A stretch of DNA of 16,471 bases from positions 1 through 16,471 of IMG/VR virus record IMGVR_UViG_3300045988_135722; one strand, given 5' to 3'. Position numbers and translations under genes: made by a program. Shown here in pieces: positions 14,927 through 16,471 of this stretch; positions within the stretch are counted from its first letter, which is position 1; each line of letters begins with the position of its first letter. The notes below the pieces were generated by a model that saw nothing but the letters and a program-made list of their open reading frames with translations, was not told where the DNA came from and made no database searches. Source of the DNA: a virus.

Positions 14927-14994
14927 GCTTTTATTTCCTTTCTTTGAGTGTGTTGTATCGTGCGAACATAAAACAAATTTGTTAACAAGTTACA

Positions 14995-15279
14995 TTATTC
15001 TTCCGACTGAGCTTTCGCCCTTGGTGGAAGAATTTCGGCTAATTCAAAAAACTTTTCTTCTGACATTCCGTATAATTCTTCCTGCACCTCTACTTCTGTT
15101 ACTTTCAGAGGACGCACATCTGCATACCCTTTTGTGATTGCTTTCAGCACATCATCAGCTGAAAGTTCTCCTGACAGCTTGTATTCAAGTGTCTGAATCT
15201 CGTCTTTCTCGATGTTGTAAACTGTCACTTTCGCTTTTGTGCTTGTAATGGTACGAGTAACCATTCTCTTTCTTGCCAT
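14995..15279 (-). CDS. Putative histone-like dsDNA-binding protein, phi29 p6-like
   Basis: 94 aa. RTITSTKAKVTVYNIEKDEIQT...ELYGMSEEKFFELAEI with an acidic tail parallels p6 REITKTTVNVAKMVMVDGEVQV...EVYELPVEKFLEVATV with an acidic tail (recalled). It is the first gene after the strong early promoter. SD AAGGAGG. Confidence 0.55.
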   Translation of the reverse strand: MARKRMVTRTITSTKAKVTVYNIEKDEIQTLEYKLSGELSADDVLKAITKGYADVRPLKVTEVEVQEELYGMSEEKFFELAEILPPRAKAQSEE

Positions 15280-15333
15280 TGTTTAGGGCCTCCTTGTTTG
15301 TTTGCTTTTTATTCGTTTAACGTCCGTCGACGA

Positions 15334-15387
15334 ATTGACATGATGGGAGTCGAACCCATCGGAAGTATTCCGCAAACCTGCCTGTCA
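15334..15387 (-). other. tRNA-like acceptor/T-arm element (three-way junction) inside the early-operon 5' leader
   Basis: Minus strand: UUGACAGG-CAGGUUUG-[CGGAA UAC UUCCG]-[AUGGG UUCGACU CCCAU]-CAUGUCAA. The T-arm-like hairpin has a 5-bp stem and a 7-nt UUCGACU loop. UGACAGG / CAUGUCA pair at 6 of 7 positions like an acceptor stem. There is no D arm, no canonical anticodon arm and no CCA. Confidence 0.5.
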
Positions 15388-15448
15388 ACCTTTCTATGTA
15401 TAAGAAAGGAGGAGAGAGTAAAGAGTTGTCGGCTCTCTTTACATTATT

Positions 15449-15476
15449 AATTATAGCATTTATGTGCTAAATGTCA
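15449..15476 (-). promoter_or_regulatory. Near-consensus sigma-A promoter with extended -10 for the replication operon
   Basis: Minus strand: TTGACA (15476-15471), 16 nt, TGcTATAAT (-10 at 15454-15449). An A/T-rich UP-like tract lies upstream (15477-15510). Confidence 0.8.
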
Positions 15477-15563
15477 ACAGTTTTTTTTCAATAATTTTTT
15501 ATTTATTTTGCACGTCGTTAGATATGACTAACTTCACACATATTCCGCCATAGAACGAATGTT

Positions 15564-15773
15564 CTAGTCTATTCTATATTCAAATAGAACATTGCGCCCT
15601 GTCAATGCTTCGACAAATCTCCAATCTTTTGATAAAGTTATAATATAAGGCAGATCACCAATCCTTTTTATAGGATCGGCCAGATACAAACTAAATTCGT
15701 CACACCCAACTATTTCTAGTGGGTGCTGAAATGCTATCTCTAAATCGCCCAACATAGCTTTTGACACATACAT
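15564..15773 (-). CDS. Hypothetical protein, 69 aa
   Basis: Strong SD GGAGGAGG lies 7 nt before the ATG at 15773. The track start 15776 is GTG. No motif recognised. Confidence 0.6.
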   Translation of the reverse strand: MYVSKAMLGDLEIAFQHPLEIVGCDEFSLYLADPIKRIGDLPYIITLSKDWRFVEALTGRNVLFEYRID

Positions 15774-15867
15774 CACTCTTCCTCCTCCCCATATAGCAAC
15801 TGAGCTATCAGCTCAGCTACTATCAATATTATTATTACGAGGCCTGCTATTGACAGGCTTGCAAAAA

Positions 15868-16077
15868 TCATTCAAGAACGGGAAAGTTCAATCGTTTCCC
15901 AATACTCAATTCTACAGTTACTGGTCTTTCAAACGTTAACAGGTCTGGAATATCTGCCATTTTATATAACTCCTTTCTTATACGGTCACTATTGATCCGA
16001 ATGCCACCTCGGGAATCTAACTCACAGTACACCATGTTGCTAATTAAATATGTAGCAACGACCGTAATATTTACCAT
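15868..16077 (-). CDS. Hypothetical protein, 69 aa
   Basis: SD GAGGTAAG lies 8 nt before the ATG at 16077. It overlaps the upstream ORF by 38 nt. No motif recognised. Confidence 0.5.
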   Translation of the reverse strand: MVNITVVATYLISNMVYCELDSRGGIRINSDRIRKELYKMADIPDLLTFERPVTVELSIGKRLNFPVLE

Positions 16078-16240
16078 TCTGTCTTACCTCAATATATGAC
16101 CCTTTATCATTTGTTCTTATTTTCGTCATTTGTCGCTCTCCATTAAAAGAGTAACCTACAATATCACCAATTACCGTCTTCTTACGACAGTAAACATCTA
16201 TCACATAGCCTTTAGTAGTTTTGTATAAATCGTTGATCAT
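16040..16240 (-). CDS. Hypothetical protein, 66 aa
   Basis: SD-like GGAAGAGG upstream of the ATG at 16240. TAATG overlap with the terminal ORF. No motif recognised. Confidence 0.5.
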   Translation of the reverse strand: MINDLYKTTKGYVIDVYCRKKTVIGDIVGYSFNGERQMTKIRTNDKGSYIEVRQNGKYYGRCYIFN

Positions 16241-16464
16241 TAATAATCGCCTCTTCCTAATTTACATTCATCGAGTACAGCATCAATGTAAAGATGCATT
16301 ACCGTATAACATTCAATGTCAATTACACCTGAAAAAAACAAGCCACTAACGAAACCACATGCACTACCAACATAAAAATTCGCATCATCACTATTTTGTG
16401 CGTTTTTAATATTCTCACATGTTACAATAAATTTTTTAGCTAATTCGTCATTTAATACTTTCAT
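16240..16464 (-). CDS. Terminal 74-codon ORF starting 8 nt from the right genome end (first 37 codons inside the ITR); expression doubtful
   Basis: The open frame shows TAATG coupling to the next ORF. But only 7 nt (AAACAAA) lie upstream, with no SD and no space for a promoter. Confidence 0.3.
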   Translation of the reverse strand: MKVLNDELAKKFIVTCENIKNAQNSDDANFYVGSACGFVSGLFFSGVIDIECYTVMHLYIDAVLDECKLGRGDY

Positions 16465-16471
16465 TTTGTTT
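16353..16471. repeat. Right inverted terminal repeat (ITR), 119 bp
   Basis: Exact reverse complement of nt 1-119. Confidence 0.95.

Noticed and set aside
14972-14988. Overlapping perfect palindromes AACAAATTTGTT and TTGTTAACAA just after the p6-like stop.
   Set aside because: They are short, pure A/T-rich dyads with no loop, so they form no stable hairpin. No second copy or adjacent promoter was found, so they are compatible with chance.
14589-15137. 182-aa plus-strand ORF.
   Set aside because: It is antisense to the SSB-like and p6-like genes and runs through their intergenic spacer. It has no SD, hydrophobic junk-like composition and no plus-strand promoter nearby.
15334-15387. A genuine tRNA gene on the minus strand (GGTTCGACTCCC T-arm).
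   Set aside because: Only 21 nt separate the putative 5' acceptor strand from the T-arm. No D arm exists. The only possible anticodon-like loop (AAUACUU) lacks U33 and purine-37 and has a 3-bp stem. A 76-nt register gives a 5' strand (TTTCTTA) that cannot pair with CATGTCA. It is kept as a tRNA-like element only.
15798-15822. A D-arm-like string (GATAGCTCAGTTGCTAT on the minus strand) about 450 nt upstream of the T-arm-like element, suggesting a split or intron-containing tRNA interrupted by ORF 15564..15773.
   Set aside because: The would-be 5' acceptor strand (CTGAGCT) does not pair with the 3' strand CATGTCA. The AGCTCAG string is simply one arm of the local palindrome CTGAGCT-ATC-AGCTCAG.
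1-16471. Prophage or mobile-element features, CRISPR arrays, and toxin-antitoxin or defence islands.
   Set aside because: There is no integrase, recombinase, transposase, att-like direct repeats or spacer-repeat array. The gene content is fully explained by a lytic protein-primed phage genome.

Overview
The window looks like one complete linear genome (16,471 bp, AT-rich by eye) of a small phi29-like, protein-primed podophage of a low-GC Gram-positive host. Nt 1-119 are the exact reverse complement of nt 16353-16471 (ITRs starting 5'-AAA). There are three transcription blocks. (a) A lone leftward packaging-ATPase gene (450-1484, -) ends in an intrinsic terminator, followed by about 300 bp of repeat-rich non-coding DNA next to the left ITR. 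(b) A rightward late block (1587-9792, +) starts from a perfect TTGACA-17-TATAAT promoter. It encodes a BhlA/UviB-type holin, a small PG-binding protein, a CHAP+lysozyme hydrolase, scaffold, major capsid with Ig-like C-terminus, tail knob, portal, lower collar and a beta-helix appendage. (c) A leftward early/replication block (16464-9842, -) holds four small terminal ORFs and a second near-perfect promoter. That promoter has a ~160-nt structured leader containing a tRNA-like acceptor/T-arm element. Downstream are p6-like and p5-like DNA-binding proteins, terminal protein, family-B DNA polymerase, dUTPase and five small ORFs, three of them below the ORF-track cutoff. Blocks b and c converge on a bidirectional terminator near 9.8 kb. 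Main follow-ups: the tRNA-like leader element; the unlocated pRNA (two structured candidate regions); an ORF that starts 8 nt from the genome end inside the ITR; an identical 18-bp palindrome at two regulatory junctions; a possible PlyC-like two-gene lysin; and a dUTPase in a phage family that normally lacks one. All homology statements rest on motifs and on phi29 protein sequences recalled from memory, not on searches. Several ORF-track starts (GTG/TTG) were moved to the SD-preceded ATG.
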